Of a stretch of 64,000 bases of DNA, positions 52,744-64,000 are shown piece by piece; position 1 is the stretch's first letter, and each line of letters starts with the position of its first letter. A program made the position numbers and the translations under genes. The notes beneath the pieces are model-generated. The model had not been told where the DNA came from. It searched no databases and was given only the letters and a program-made list of their open reading frames with translations. The stretch is from the NCBI RefSeq assembly GCF_006345805.1, contig NC_043008.1, positions 44,144,001 through 44,208,000 on the forward strand, read 5' to 3'. Source of the stretch: Octopus sinensis (lineage: Eukaryota).

Positions 52744-52961
52744 CTTGCAACACACAACTGATTAAAAAACCTCGAATGATCACCGTCGACAGCAACGAAA
52801 TACCCATCACGGCTACAATCACCAGTTATCTCTTTTTTCTATACATATCCAAACAAATTACCTGGACAGTATTTAAAATACCGCAGTCTTCCTTTTCTTC
52901 ATTCCCTTCTCTCCCCATCACCCATCTCCTACTCTCCCAGATCTACTCTCCTCAGAACTAA
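52744..52961 (+). CDS. Possible second (terminal) exon of the 51744 model
   Basis: Acceptor tttacttcacAG in matching phase 1; open to TAA. Confidence 0.15.
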
Positions 52962-53106
52962 TTAATTAAAGCAGGGTACACCATCCATCGAACCGCAGAC
53001 CAATACGGGTCATTGCTCAGTTTTTACCGAGTCACAAACAAAGAATAAATTTCTGAATTTCCGTTTTATATTATGAAGGGTATTTTCCATTATATCTATG
53101 TGTTCC

Positions 53107-53648
53107 ATTCCTTGTTTCAGTCATTTGACTGCGGCCATGCTGGAGCACCGCCTTTAGTCGAACAAATCGACCCCGGGACTTAGTGTTTGTCAGCCTAGTA
53201 CTTATTCTATAGGTCGCTTTTGCCGATCTACTAGCTTACGGGGACATAATCACACCAACATCGGTTGTCAAGCGATGGTGAGGTGGCAAACAAACGCGCA
53301 GACACACACACACACAAACAAACATATAGTACCCCCTCCCCCTAAAAAAGAACGCAATAACGTGGTAGATGTAAAATAGACGCTCAAAGAAGGGAACAAA
53401 GATGGTTTAACGTTTCGAGCAAAGCTCTTCTTCAGAGACAGGACACAGAGGACAGTCCAATAGAAAAGGAAGACGGAGGAAAAAAAATCGGCAACGATTC
53501 ACATGTGCTTACAGAGCTTCTTTCAGTTTCCGTCTACCAAATCCACTCACAAGGCTTTGGTCGGCCTGAGGCTAGGGTGCTACGCAGTGGACTTAACCCA
53601 GAGCCATGGGGTTGGTAAGGAAGCAAATTACCACACAGCCACTCCTAT
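53107..53648 (-). mobile_element. SINE family B split by a nested HH1 element
   Basis: 3' half at 53107-53325 and 5' half at 53510-53648. Confidence 0.85.
53342..53503 (-). mobile_element. Hammerhead-bearing short element, family HH1 (intact core)
   Basis: The motif at 53405-53439 reads GUCU-CUGAAGA-A-GAGC UUU GCUC-GAAACGUU-AAAC. Confidence 0.8.
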
Positions 53649-53653
53649 ATGTG

Positions 53654-53980
53654 TATTCTTTTCTACTTTAGGCACAAGGCCCGAAATTTTTGGGTAGGGG
53701 GAGCAGTCGATTAGATCGAACATTCCGCAAGAAGTACTTAATTTATCGAACCCGAAAGGATAAAAGGTAAATCGACCTTGGTTGAATTTCAACTCAGAAC
53801 GTAAAAACTGACGAAATACCTATTCCTTTACCACCCACAAGTCTTTGCCTTTCATCCTTTCAGGGTCGATAAATTAAGTACCAGTTACGCACTGGGGTCG
53901 ATATAATCCACTCAATCCGTTTGTCTGTCCTTGTTTGTTCCCTCTGTGTTTAGCCCCTTGTGGGGTGTAAAGAAATAGGT
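53654..53980. mobile_element. SINE family A composite with an internal orientation switch at 53841/53842
   Basis: A minus-strand tail-2 unit plus the end of tail 1 abuts a plus-strand core with tail 1. Confidence 0.85.
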
Positions 53981-54542
53981 AAAATGATATTTTAATGAGA
54001 TTTATTTGCTCTTTCTAGCAATGACAACCGACCATGTAGAGGCCTTCTTCCGTTCGTCTGTTTCTTAAGTATCGTTACAAATCTACTTGTTTTATTCTTA
54101 GCAATGTTCCGCTTTTGCTTTTATTTTATTTATTTCTTCACATAAGAATTTTTAAATGAAATATAATAAAGAGATAAGGATGTGTATAATGAAGTTTTAT
54201 CAGCGTCGTGGTGTATATCTCTTCCTCGCAGCGAGATCCTGTTCAGCTTTGTGAATTTAGACAGGCGGTTGTTTTTGCTTTAGTGCAACAATAAATGATA
54301 TCTGTTATCTTTATGCTAGAGAATAACAATGGTGTTGGTTATTTCTGCACTGAATTCGGTGCAGCGACTGCACTGGGTGCTCTGCACCTTACATGAAACA
54401 TTAATTTATTACTATACGTTCGTTCGTGGTATCAAGATAACACTTATTGTCTTGATTTTTGGCATTTTTTTCTGTTTACAACTTTTATTTCTTTCCAATC
54501 AATTTTTAGATTTGGACTATATTTTCATTTAATCTGTGTGCA

Positions 54543-55220
54543 AAGGCGGTGAGTTAGCACAATTGTTAGCACGACGGGGGTAAAATGCTTAGTAGTAATT
54601 CTCACAAATCTCCATTTTCTGAGTTCAAATTTCACCGAAGTTCATTGTGTCTTTCATCGTTCCGGAGCTGTTAAAAGAAATAACAGTTGAGCAGTGGTAT
54701 CGTTGTCATGAACTAACACTAACCCTTAAAATTGGTGGACTTCTCCTAAACTGTGAAACCCTAAGAGAAAGGCGATTAGCAGGAAAGTGTGAATGTGTTT
54801 CAGATAAAATTCAAGCCATATCTTTCGGTTCTTTGAGTTCTGAGTTCAAGTTTATCCGAGGCCAATTTTGCCTTTTATTCTTTCTTGGTAAAATTAATCC
54901 CTAGGTTTGATAAATATATGTAAAGTACATCAGCTGATGTAACCGACGTTTAGCAACCCTCAAATTTGGTGTCCTTGATCCAAAACTAGAAATAATAATA
55001 ATTGCTTCTAATTTTGGCACAAACCAACAATTCTAGTAGGAGGGGTCTTAATCGATTACTTTAACGCCAACACTTGATTGGTAATTATTGATATGACTGA
55101 GTAAGGACGAAAATCTACGTAACCTCAGCGGAATCTGAACTCAGAGCGTAAAGACGAACAAAGATGCTGCGAAGCATTCTGCCCTTCCTGCTAAGGATTC
55201 AGACAGCTCACCACTTTAAC
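54543..55220. mobile_element. Cluster of degenerate SINE family A copies (two +, one -)
   Basis: Recognisable heads (GGCGGTGAGTTAGCA, GGCGATTAGCAG) and GAGTTCAA B-boxes. Confidence 0.65.
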
Positions 55221-55948
55221 TGGAAATAATTATAATTATAATTACAATATAATAAATAATACACAGTGGACTATAAATCCCGACGTCTGACGATACATTG
55301 CGATATGTGGGCCCGTGGCTAAATCTAGTGGCTTTATCTCTGGTACCAACAACATTTCTATTCTCTGTGATATTTGGCTGACATTTTACCTACCCTGTGT
55401 AATAGAATAAAATGATATAAAGCTTGGTTATTGACGAATAGTTTATACAGAATATTTACATGGTGCCTGTCAAGGACTCCACCGGAAATCGATCTAATGG
55501 TGTAGAAGGGAAGTTATGTGAGTGGAGGGAAAGTTGGCTGGTGTTTCTAGCCAGTCGAAGGATGGCATGAATGATGAAAAGAACTAGAACTGAAGCCAAT
55601 GAACAGACAGTTATAACTTTTATGAATAATTTAGAAATACTTGCTTCTTAATAATATAATACAACATTAAGTTACGCCGAGGTCAACTTCGCATTTAATT
55701 TTCTCGATGTCGATAACATGAGTACCAGTCATGCTTTGTGGTCAAGGTAATCTACGGCCCCTCCCCCAAATTACTGGTCTTCAGCCAAAATTTGAAACCA
55801 TTATAATACTACATTAGCCTTTCTTCTTGTCGATGTCGCAAATAACATAGTGTGTTGTAATGACGTCAATTCCTAAAGAGCGGGGGAATCCTTTATAAGT
55901 CTAACAAAATATATTATAGTATCTTAGTTACAACTTGTTTACACTCCG

Positions 55949-56346
55949 TATTCTTTTCTACTCTAGGCACAAGGTCCGAAATTTTGGGGGAGGGTGCCAG
56001 TCAATTAGATCGACACCAGTACGCCACTGGAACTTAGTCTATCGACCCCGAAAGAATGAAAGGCAGAGTCTACCTTGGCGGATTTTGAACTCAGAATATA
56101 AAGACAGACGAAATACCTATTTCTTTACTACCCACAAGGGGCTAAACATAGAAGGAACAAACAAGGACAGACAAACGGATTAAGTCGATTATATCGACCC
56201 CAGTGCGTAACTGGTACTTATTTAATCGACCCCGAAAGGATGAAAGGCAAAGTCGACCTCGGCGGATTTTGAACTCGGAACATAAAGACAGACGAAATAC
56301 CGCTGAGTATTTCACCCGGCGTGCTAACGTTTCTGCCAGCTCGCCG
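55949..56346 (-). mobile_element. SINE family A heterodimer: head-body-tail 1-body-tail 2
   Basis: Junction GAAATAC|CTATTTCTTT near 56116, with a different distal tail. Confidence 0.9.
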
Positions 56347-57087
56347 TCTCGTTTACATTCCGTATTAATCCTGCCGGGGTCAACTTTGTCTTTTATACTT
56401 TCTTGAGGGATAAACATTATATCAAATTTGTAATGGAGTCCATGCCCAAAGCAAGCTGCATTAAGAAATTCGTTTATATGTCTAACAAAATTCCTTATAC
56501 CAATTTTGTTCCAGCTCTTTGAATTCCGAGTAATTTTGAGTTCAAATTCCAAGGAGGTTAATTTTACCTTTTATACACCCTGGGTGTATAAAATAAAGAA
56601 CCATTTAAATACTGATGTTTTTTTTAATCAAGTGACTCCTTCAAATATGTGACATAAATATGCTTTCTTATTTGTTTATTCTAAATGAAGAGAGGAAAAC
56701 CTACAGAACAAACTTTACATTACGGGTATACCAATAATATCGCAGAGAAAGGAAGCTGGCAAAATATTTGAAACTTTAATGATAATCTTCGAGTCGTGTT
56801 CTTTAAACTTGTAATCATTTATAACATGTTGTGTGAAGTGTTTCAATAAGAACTCTTTATAATTAAAGACAGATTCACTAACCATTAATATATGAAAATA
56901 TATGAGATGTTAACTTAAGCGTAATATCTGATATATTGTCTATCAATCAATGTCGGCAATCTATCTAGTTATTATTTATAGTGGTCGATTAGTATTTTAA
57001 TGGTGATTTATTTATTGATAGAAGTCGCTCCTTCACATTTCATCCTATAAGCTCCATTGATCGATTTTTGAGAGAGGCAGAGAAGGG

Positions 57088-57139
<52 letters not shown>

Positions 57140-57394
57140 TTTGTCAGTTAAATATTTTAGAATTGGTTTGCTTAATTTAAACACCAAAACCATATGGAAA
57201 AGCAAATAGCTCTCAATAATTAAATACATAAATATTATACTGCCGACGGATCATATGCCCTTCTATTAGACCATTTCCCTTTGTCATTGCACGGTGATTG
57301 CCATAAGCTTGAAGCTTATATAAAAATACCATTATTATTATTTACAGAATTGTAAACTCGGGACCGTATGAAAAAAAAAACAGTCACACCGAAA

Positions 57395-57429
<35 letters not shown>

Positions 57430-57431
<2 letters not shown>

Positions 57432-57790
57432 ATTTTATTCTTTCACTTGTTTCAGTCATTTGACTGTGACTATGCTGGAGCACCGCCTTTAGTCGAGCAA
57501 ATCGACCCCAGTACTTATTCTTTGTAAACCTATTACTTACTCTATCGGTCTGTTTTGAGGAAACGCTAGGTTAAGGGGACGGAAACATCGGTTGTTGAGG
57601 GGGAGGGAACAAACACAAATATAAAAACATATACTCATACATACATACATATATATATATATACATGCACATATATACGACGGGCTTCTTTCAGTTTCCG
57701 TCTACCAAATCCATTTACAAGGCTTTGGTCGGCCCGAGGCTATAGTAGAAGACACTCGCCCGAGGTGCCACACGGTGGAACTGAACCCGT
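57430..57790 (-). mobile_element. SINE family B
   Basis: Reverse-complement match, lacking the extreme head. Confidence 0.88.
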
Positions 57791-58710
57791 AATGTATGTG
57801 TGTGTGTGTGTGTATGTATGTATACACAATGTATGGATTCTTAATAAAATGAAATTCATAAGGAAATTAAAGACTGAATATAAATAGTAAATATATTTTG
57901 TATGCTATCTATTAAGATGATTGATGTAAGTGAAAGGAATTAACCAAGCTTAACGTAAACAAAAGACAGGAACTAAAGGAAGTACAGTACATAGATTAAA
58001 TTTTTGTAAAAATGAGAGTTTAAAATAAATTAAAATATAATATACTAGCATCCAGTAGGGAACAGACAGCTGGAGATACAACGATTAAATGAAGAGGTCG
58101 TTTTCTGCAACAGTTACTTTCAAGTAGGGTTAACACTGAAAAGTTCCCCAAATACATTTTGTCTGAATAAACTGTATTCGAAACAAAGCACCTGGCTACA
58201 GGTAAAAGAATATAAGCATTAAGATACTAAAAAATAAAAAGAAATTTGCAATCACACGCACGTTGTGGTACTGTAGTAAGTTTTTTTAATATACATAGAC
58301 ATCACACAGGGAGAAAACTCTCTGTAGCCATACGTAAGTATAAGCGAATAATATAGAACCAAATACATAGGGAAACGCATACGTAATTATATACATACAT
58401 GCATATACACAAATATATACACAATATAAAATATATAAAAATAAATGTCCATATAAATGTACGAATAGCAATTGATAAGCATAGGTTCACGTAGAGAGAA
58501 ATACACGTACATATATGCATATAACTATTTGCACACACACACACACACACACACGTACATTCTCGCTTATATACACTTTCTTATCAACAGCAGAAAGATA
58601 TCTCGGATAACAAGTGTTTAAAATAAATATATTCACCTCTCGCACCATATATATATATATATATATAATATATATATATATATAATATATACATACATAC
58701 ACACACACAC

Positions 58711-58774
<64 letters not shown>

Positions 58775-59269
58775 TATATATATATACATATATACAAGTA
58801 CGCACAAATATATATGTATATACATACACACAGAAACAGACACACAGAAACACACATATATGTGTACATTGGTACATATACGTACATTACACTGTGTGCG
58901 CGTTATTAAATCAATTTGAACTTGCGCACGTAATATTTTGATAAGAACGGAGACAAAAACTTGTTCCTGGTATTTAAAGAACAATCTTAAATTTTAAAAA
59001 TAAAATATCTATGTTATTCCAAGTAAATTCTACCATTTTTTTTTCTTTTAATATCTTCCTAAAATAATATATAGATATTTTCATATTCCTATAAGGAAAT
59101 CGTTGTTATTTTAAATCTCTAAGTAGAATTGTCTGAAGTGTGCTGGAAAATCAATTATATTTTATTAAAGATTTCTTTTCAAACGCTATTGCAACATTAA
59201 AAGTTTATATGTTCTTAGAATGGCAGCAACATGGGTCGGACAAAATGTCTTGTAATGTTTAGCTGCGTG

Positions 59270-59880
59270 TAAGGCGATGGTCTGGCGGAATTGTTACCGC
59301 ACGGGGAAAATGCTTAGCCGCATTTCTTCTGTCTATATTTCCTGAGTAAAGTTGCCCCCTCCCCCGGCGTCGTGTTTGCCGTCCATCTTTTCGGGAGTCG
59401 ATAAAATAAATGTCATTTGAACTTGGGGATCGATGCTGTTGACTGACACTCCCTAAAATTGCTGGCATTGTACCGAAAGTTGAAACGAATATTTTGTTTC
59501 GTATTAAGGCGGCGTACTAGCAGAATCGTTTGCACGTCGAGCTCTTTACGTTCTAACTTAAAATGGTGCCAAAGTTGACTTTGCCTTTCAACCTGTGAGG
59601 ATCGATAAAATACGTGCCAGTAAGAGACTGAGGCCTGTGTAACCGACTTACACTCTCCCCCGAAATTATTGGCCTTATGTCAATATTTCAAATCGATAAC
59701 TAGTTGCGTGTAAAGGTGGCAAGCTGGCAGAATCTTTACCACGTTGGGCAAAATATTTCGGGGCATATTTCGTGGTTACGTCCCGAGTTCAAATGTTGCC
59801 AAGGTGAACTTTGCCTTTCATCCTTTCGGAGTCGATAAAATAAGTACCCGAAATTTATAAAGTTTCTCTCTAGTACCTGT
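59270..59880 (+). mobile_element. Three tandem degenerate SINE family A copies
   Basis: Heads near 59273, 59508 and 59716, each followed by core motifs. Confidence 0.65.
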
Positions 59881-60464
59881 GCCTTTTCAAACAATTAACC
59901 ACTTCCTCCGAAAATATTTGGTCATGTGCCAACATGAGAAATTTAAAATTTGATAGCATATTCTTGCAGCTTGAATCTAAATTTCAATGAGGCGAACGTC
60001 GCACTTAATTTTTCCGACCTCTTTTGATCAAACCGATACCTGTGTAAAAACTGATTGGAAGTATTATCATGTACATTGTTTTGTCTCGGTGTATTTCCCG
60101 TTCAAATGGCCCCTAAATAAGCTTTGTTTAAGCATATTGAACTAAACACCCATGTTTTCAAATGTGAATTATTCAAACCCCGAAGAATTCCTCTCACAAC
60201 ATGGCTATGATGCTACCCCACTACTTCTGCTTGTGATCAGAGACGCACATATCGTCAGCGACTAAGGCATATGCTCACCTGCTTAAGGTGAAACAACAGA
60301 CAAGCAAATCTGTGGTATTAGAGCAGAATATTTGTGGTAGTCCATCTTTTAGACCAAGACAAAACAACGTACATGATAACACTTCCGATCAGTTAAGATC
60401 AGAAGCCATAAGAGTCATTGCCTAGTAATTCATCAAAGCATTGGGGGTTCTAGTGAGTTGTTGT

Positions 60465-60466
60465 TG

Positions 60467-60536
<70 letters not shown>

Positions 60537-60540
60537 CATT

Positions 60541-60571
<31 letters not shown>

Positions 60572-60671
60572 CTATTATTACTATTATTACTATTTTTATT
60601 ATTATTATTATTGTTATTATTATTATTACTATTACTATTATTATTATTAATATTATTATTATTATTATTAA

Positions 60672-60720
<49 letters not shown>

Positions 60721-60745
60721 ATTATTATTATTATTATTATTATAT
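60465..60745. repeat. (ATT)n microsatellite
   Basis: Direct reading. Confidence 0.95.
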
Positions 60746-61289
60746 GAATTTCCATTTTCATATCAGATATTAATTGCATGATCAAATTCCGGGAGATTAA
60801 GTGTTAGCTGTGATTCAGAAATACGAAACAAAAATCTGACCTTTATCTCACGAACAGCTATTACAAAGTACATATGATATATAGTGAAAATTTACGACCG
60901 TCTTAGAAAAAAAGCGCAGCACAACAGACGCCCAGCGTGTGTATGTGTGTGCGTCTGGGTGACGGTGTGACGTCGTAGTTGTATGTTTACATAGTAAAAC
61001 AGCTTTGCGCCCCCCCACATATATTTGTACAGATATAGTTTTGTGTATACACAGGAATGTATGAACTTGGGTATGCGTATGCGTATGCGTGTGTGTGTAT
61101 ATCTATGTGTATAGACAGAAAGATAGGCTCTGATATATATATATAATATATATATATATATATGCCAGTTACATATCTGTGTATAATGATTGCAAATACG
61201 TACACGCATACATAAACGCATAGATACATATATGTACATTTATATATATGGATATATACACACATATATGTACATAAATATATACATAC

Positions 61290-61329
<40 letters not shown>

Positions 61330-61496
61330 TATATATACAGACATATACATATACATATATATATATATATATATACATGTACAAACATATACATCCATAC
61401 ACACACATATATATTTCCACGTGTGTATACATACATAAAGAGAGAAGAAAGTGATACATATATATATATATATACATATATATACATATATACATG

Positions 61497-61570
<74 letters not shown>

Positions 61571-62022
61571 TATAATATATATACATATGTATGTATGTAT
61601 CTGTGTGAGGCAGTGTACATGTGTGCGTGTGTAGTCCTGTGTGTGCGTGTAATATGGTACCATCCTATATATTGGTGAATTTCAGATTTCGGTTCGAGGT
61701 GTATATTTCTCTATTAAATTAATAAAACGCATATGTCCGCTTACTGAGAAATATCACATATCTACCATTGTTATATCCGGTCGGATATTAGGGGCTTCAA
61801 TTTTGACCCCAAATCGCGAAGAAAATATCGAATCAGCTTTGTACTAATGAGAAAATAAAACCCATCTTGGATGTTCTTTCAGGAATGACTATCTTTTTAA
61901 GAACTTTCTAGATCTCTCTCTCTCTCTCTCACAGACACACGCGCACTCACTCACTCACTCACTCACTCACTCACTCACTCACTCACTCAGACACTCATAC
62001 ACTATCTATCTATCCATCTATG

Positions 62023-62053
<31 letters not shown>

Positions 62054-62332
62054 ATATCTATCCATAGATATAATTTTACATGTAATGTATTGTATACGTA
62101 CTTACATACACAAACACACACACACACACACACGCAACACGTACATATATCGTTTTCTGTTTTCAGCTCGAGAGCTGCGGCCATGCTGTGGCACCGGTGT
62201 TTGATTTGCTACAGTGTAATTAAACCTCCTCAGATGTGTGGCACTTGTTGAACGAGGGAATCTGATGTTGCTGCTCTGATTTGAGGTTCATGCTGCGAGG
62301 TGGGTTCATCCAGAAATTTTGACAGAATATCC

Positions 62333-62550
62333 AGGCAGCGAGCTTGTAGAAACGTTAGCACGCCGGGCAAAATTCTTAGTTATTTCGTTTATCTTTAAGT
62401 ACTGAGTTCAAATTCCGCCGAAGTCGACTTTGCCTCTCATCCATTTGGGGTCGATAAATTAAGTACCAGTTGCGTACAGGGGCCCATCAAATCTACTGGC
62501 CCTCTCTCCGAAAATTTTGGGCCCTGTACCTAGAGCAGAAAAGTAAAAAA
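62333..62550 (+). mobile_element. SINE family A with tail 2
   Basis: Head, B-box, core and a CCTAGAGCAGAAAAG end. Confidence 0.8.
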
Positions 62551-62559
62551 AAGAAGATC

Positions 62560-62945
62560 CAGGTTGGTTTTGGAATTCCCTCCAAAGAAGGTCTCTGAAT
62601 CTTTGTAGGAGGATATTGAAGAGCTGTGGGCCCTTGAAGCCCAAGCCGTTGGAGTTTCGTGTCTTGTCACCTGATAGCAATGTTGGGATTTTTGGTATTA
62701 TGCGGTAGAGCCCTGTGCTGCTCTTTGTATAACTGACAACGCTAAAGTTTGGTACAAGTTCTAGAATTTTCCAGCATTAAACTGTATCCTCCGAGAGACT
62801 TTTGGGTCATCTGCATAGCTAGAAATAGTGACTATCTGAGCAGCTGATGGTGTGTGTGAGCGCCATTATAAAGAGCAGCGGCTCCGAGACAGTGCTACGT
62901 GTTTCCTTGTAGCTGAATCTGTTGGCCACCACTGCTTGCTTTCTA
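62560..62945 (-). mobile_element. Internally deleted CR1-like LINE (RT YADD region joined to the C-terminus)
   Basis: LG-PLLFIMAL...SSYADDPKVSRRIQ (YADD at 62806-62817) is followed almost immediately by WKILELVPNF...NGLGFKGPQLFNILL. Confidence 0.75.
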
Positions 62946-63134
62946 TCTTTTAGAAAATCATGAAGCCATTCTCCATGTTTTTCGAAATGTCAAGTTTATG
63001 CAGCTTGTGTCAAATATATATACATATGTATACATACATGTACACATACTTACATACATACATACACACATACACATGCACACACATATATATGTGTATA
63101 TATATACATATATATATGTATATATATAATATAT

Positions 63135-63228
<94 letters not shown>

Positions 63229-64000
63229 GGTAAGTCTACATTAATTCACATATATTTTTGTGTAATGTACCTTGCATTTACTTCGCATTGCTTTGGCCTT
63301 AACCACGATCTATATATGTGTCTGTATACATACACATTCAAACGCACGCACACAGAAATATGTCCATATATCATATGTTCATACACACACACACAAATAT
63401 ATATACTTATATATATACAAGAATTGGAGGAAATGATGGAAACACTTTCTTAAATAGTAGATTTTAATACATCAAGATATTGACTCGTACGAGTGCTAAG
63501 CTACTCTCAGTGGAATTATGGAATTTTGTGCATTCATCTAGTAAAAACGCTTCTAGATCTTTCTGAGACGATTGCGGAGTGGGTAGTTCCTTATTTCTTG
63601 AATATATTGAAATCTGATTGTTGTGAGGTTCAATCTAAATGATAGAATCTGGTTAAACAGTCTTCGTGAGAATTTTTAATAATAATGACATTAATATTGA
63701 ATGGGTTCGACTTCTTCCTATGATATTGCGTCACCATTAGGAAACAATGTCTGTACCACAGAATGGATAGATGAACGAAAATTCCCAGATAATGTTTGGC
63801 TTTTTTTTTTTTTTTTTTTGCAATGTAGAGAACGAAAGGGCTAAGAAGATTCCGTGATATGGTTCCTGAAATCCTCACAGAACCACCTCAATATTCCATG
63901 ATAGGAAACTAATGGTCAATTTTGAAAAATGAAAAATTCTTTAGGCTCTCTTCAAACAAGATAGACACAAGAAATAAGACCAAAACTAATGATGATACAT

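Noticed and set aside
60160-60430. GC-richer block that looks like a dispersed repeat
   Set aside because: Only one copy is in the window and it has no diagnostic termini, so it cannot be supported without a search.

Overview
AT-rich, microsatellite-dense eukaryotic DNA. The tRNA-derived SINE families point to Octopus, but this is recognition by eye, not a database result. No complete protein-coding gene can be identified. Most ORFs in the supplied track come from translated microsatellites or SINEs. The window holds more than 30 SINE copies from three families, degenerate LINE fragments (CR1-like, RTE-like and an RT remnant), mariner-type MITEs, a TIR element with telomere-like hexamers, a probable Helitron 3' end and a few weak candidate exons. 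The most interesting signal is a set of small non-coding elements, mostly embedded in (TA)n tracts, that carry type I hammerhead ribozyme motifs of the Penelope-like (PLE) kind. There are three copies of a 170-210 bp family with a minimal hammerhead, including a compensatory change in stem I. There is also a fold-back element with two outward-facing hammerheads, a long-stem-II hammerhead relic and further broken relics. Four motifs cluster at 17.3-18.6 kb. Many fold-back palindromes sit in TA repeats, and one SINE family occurs as head-[body-tail]n multimers, including a four-unit copy inside a single target-site duplication.
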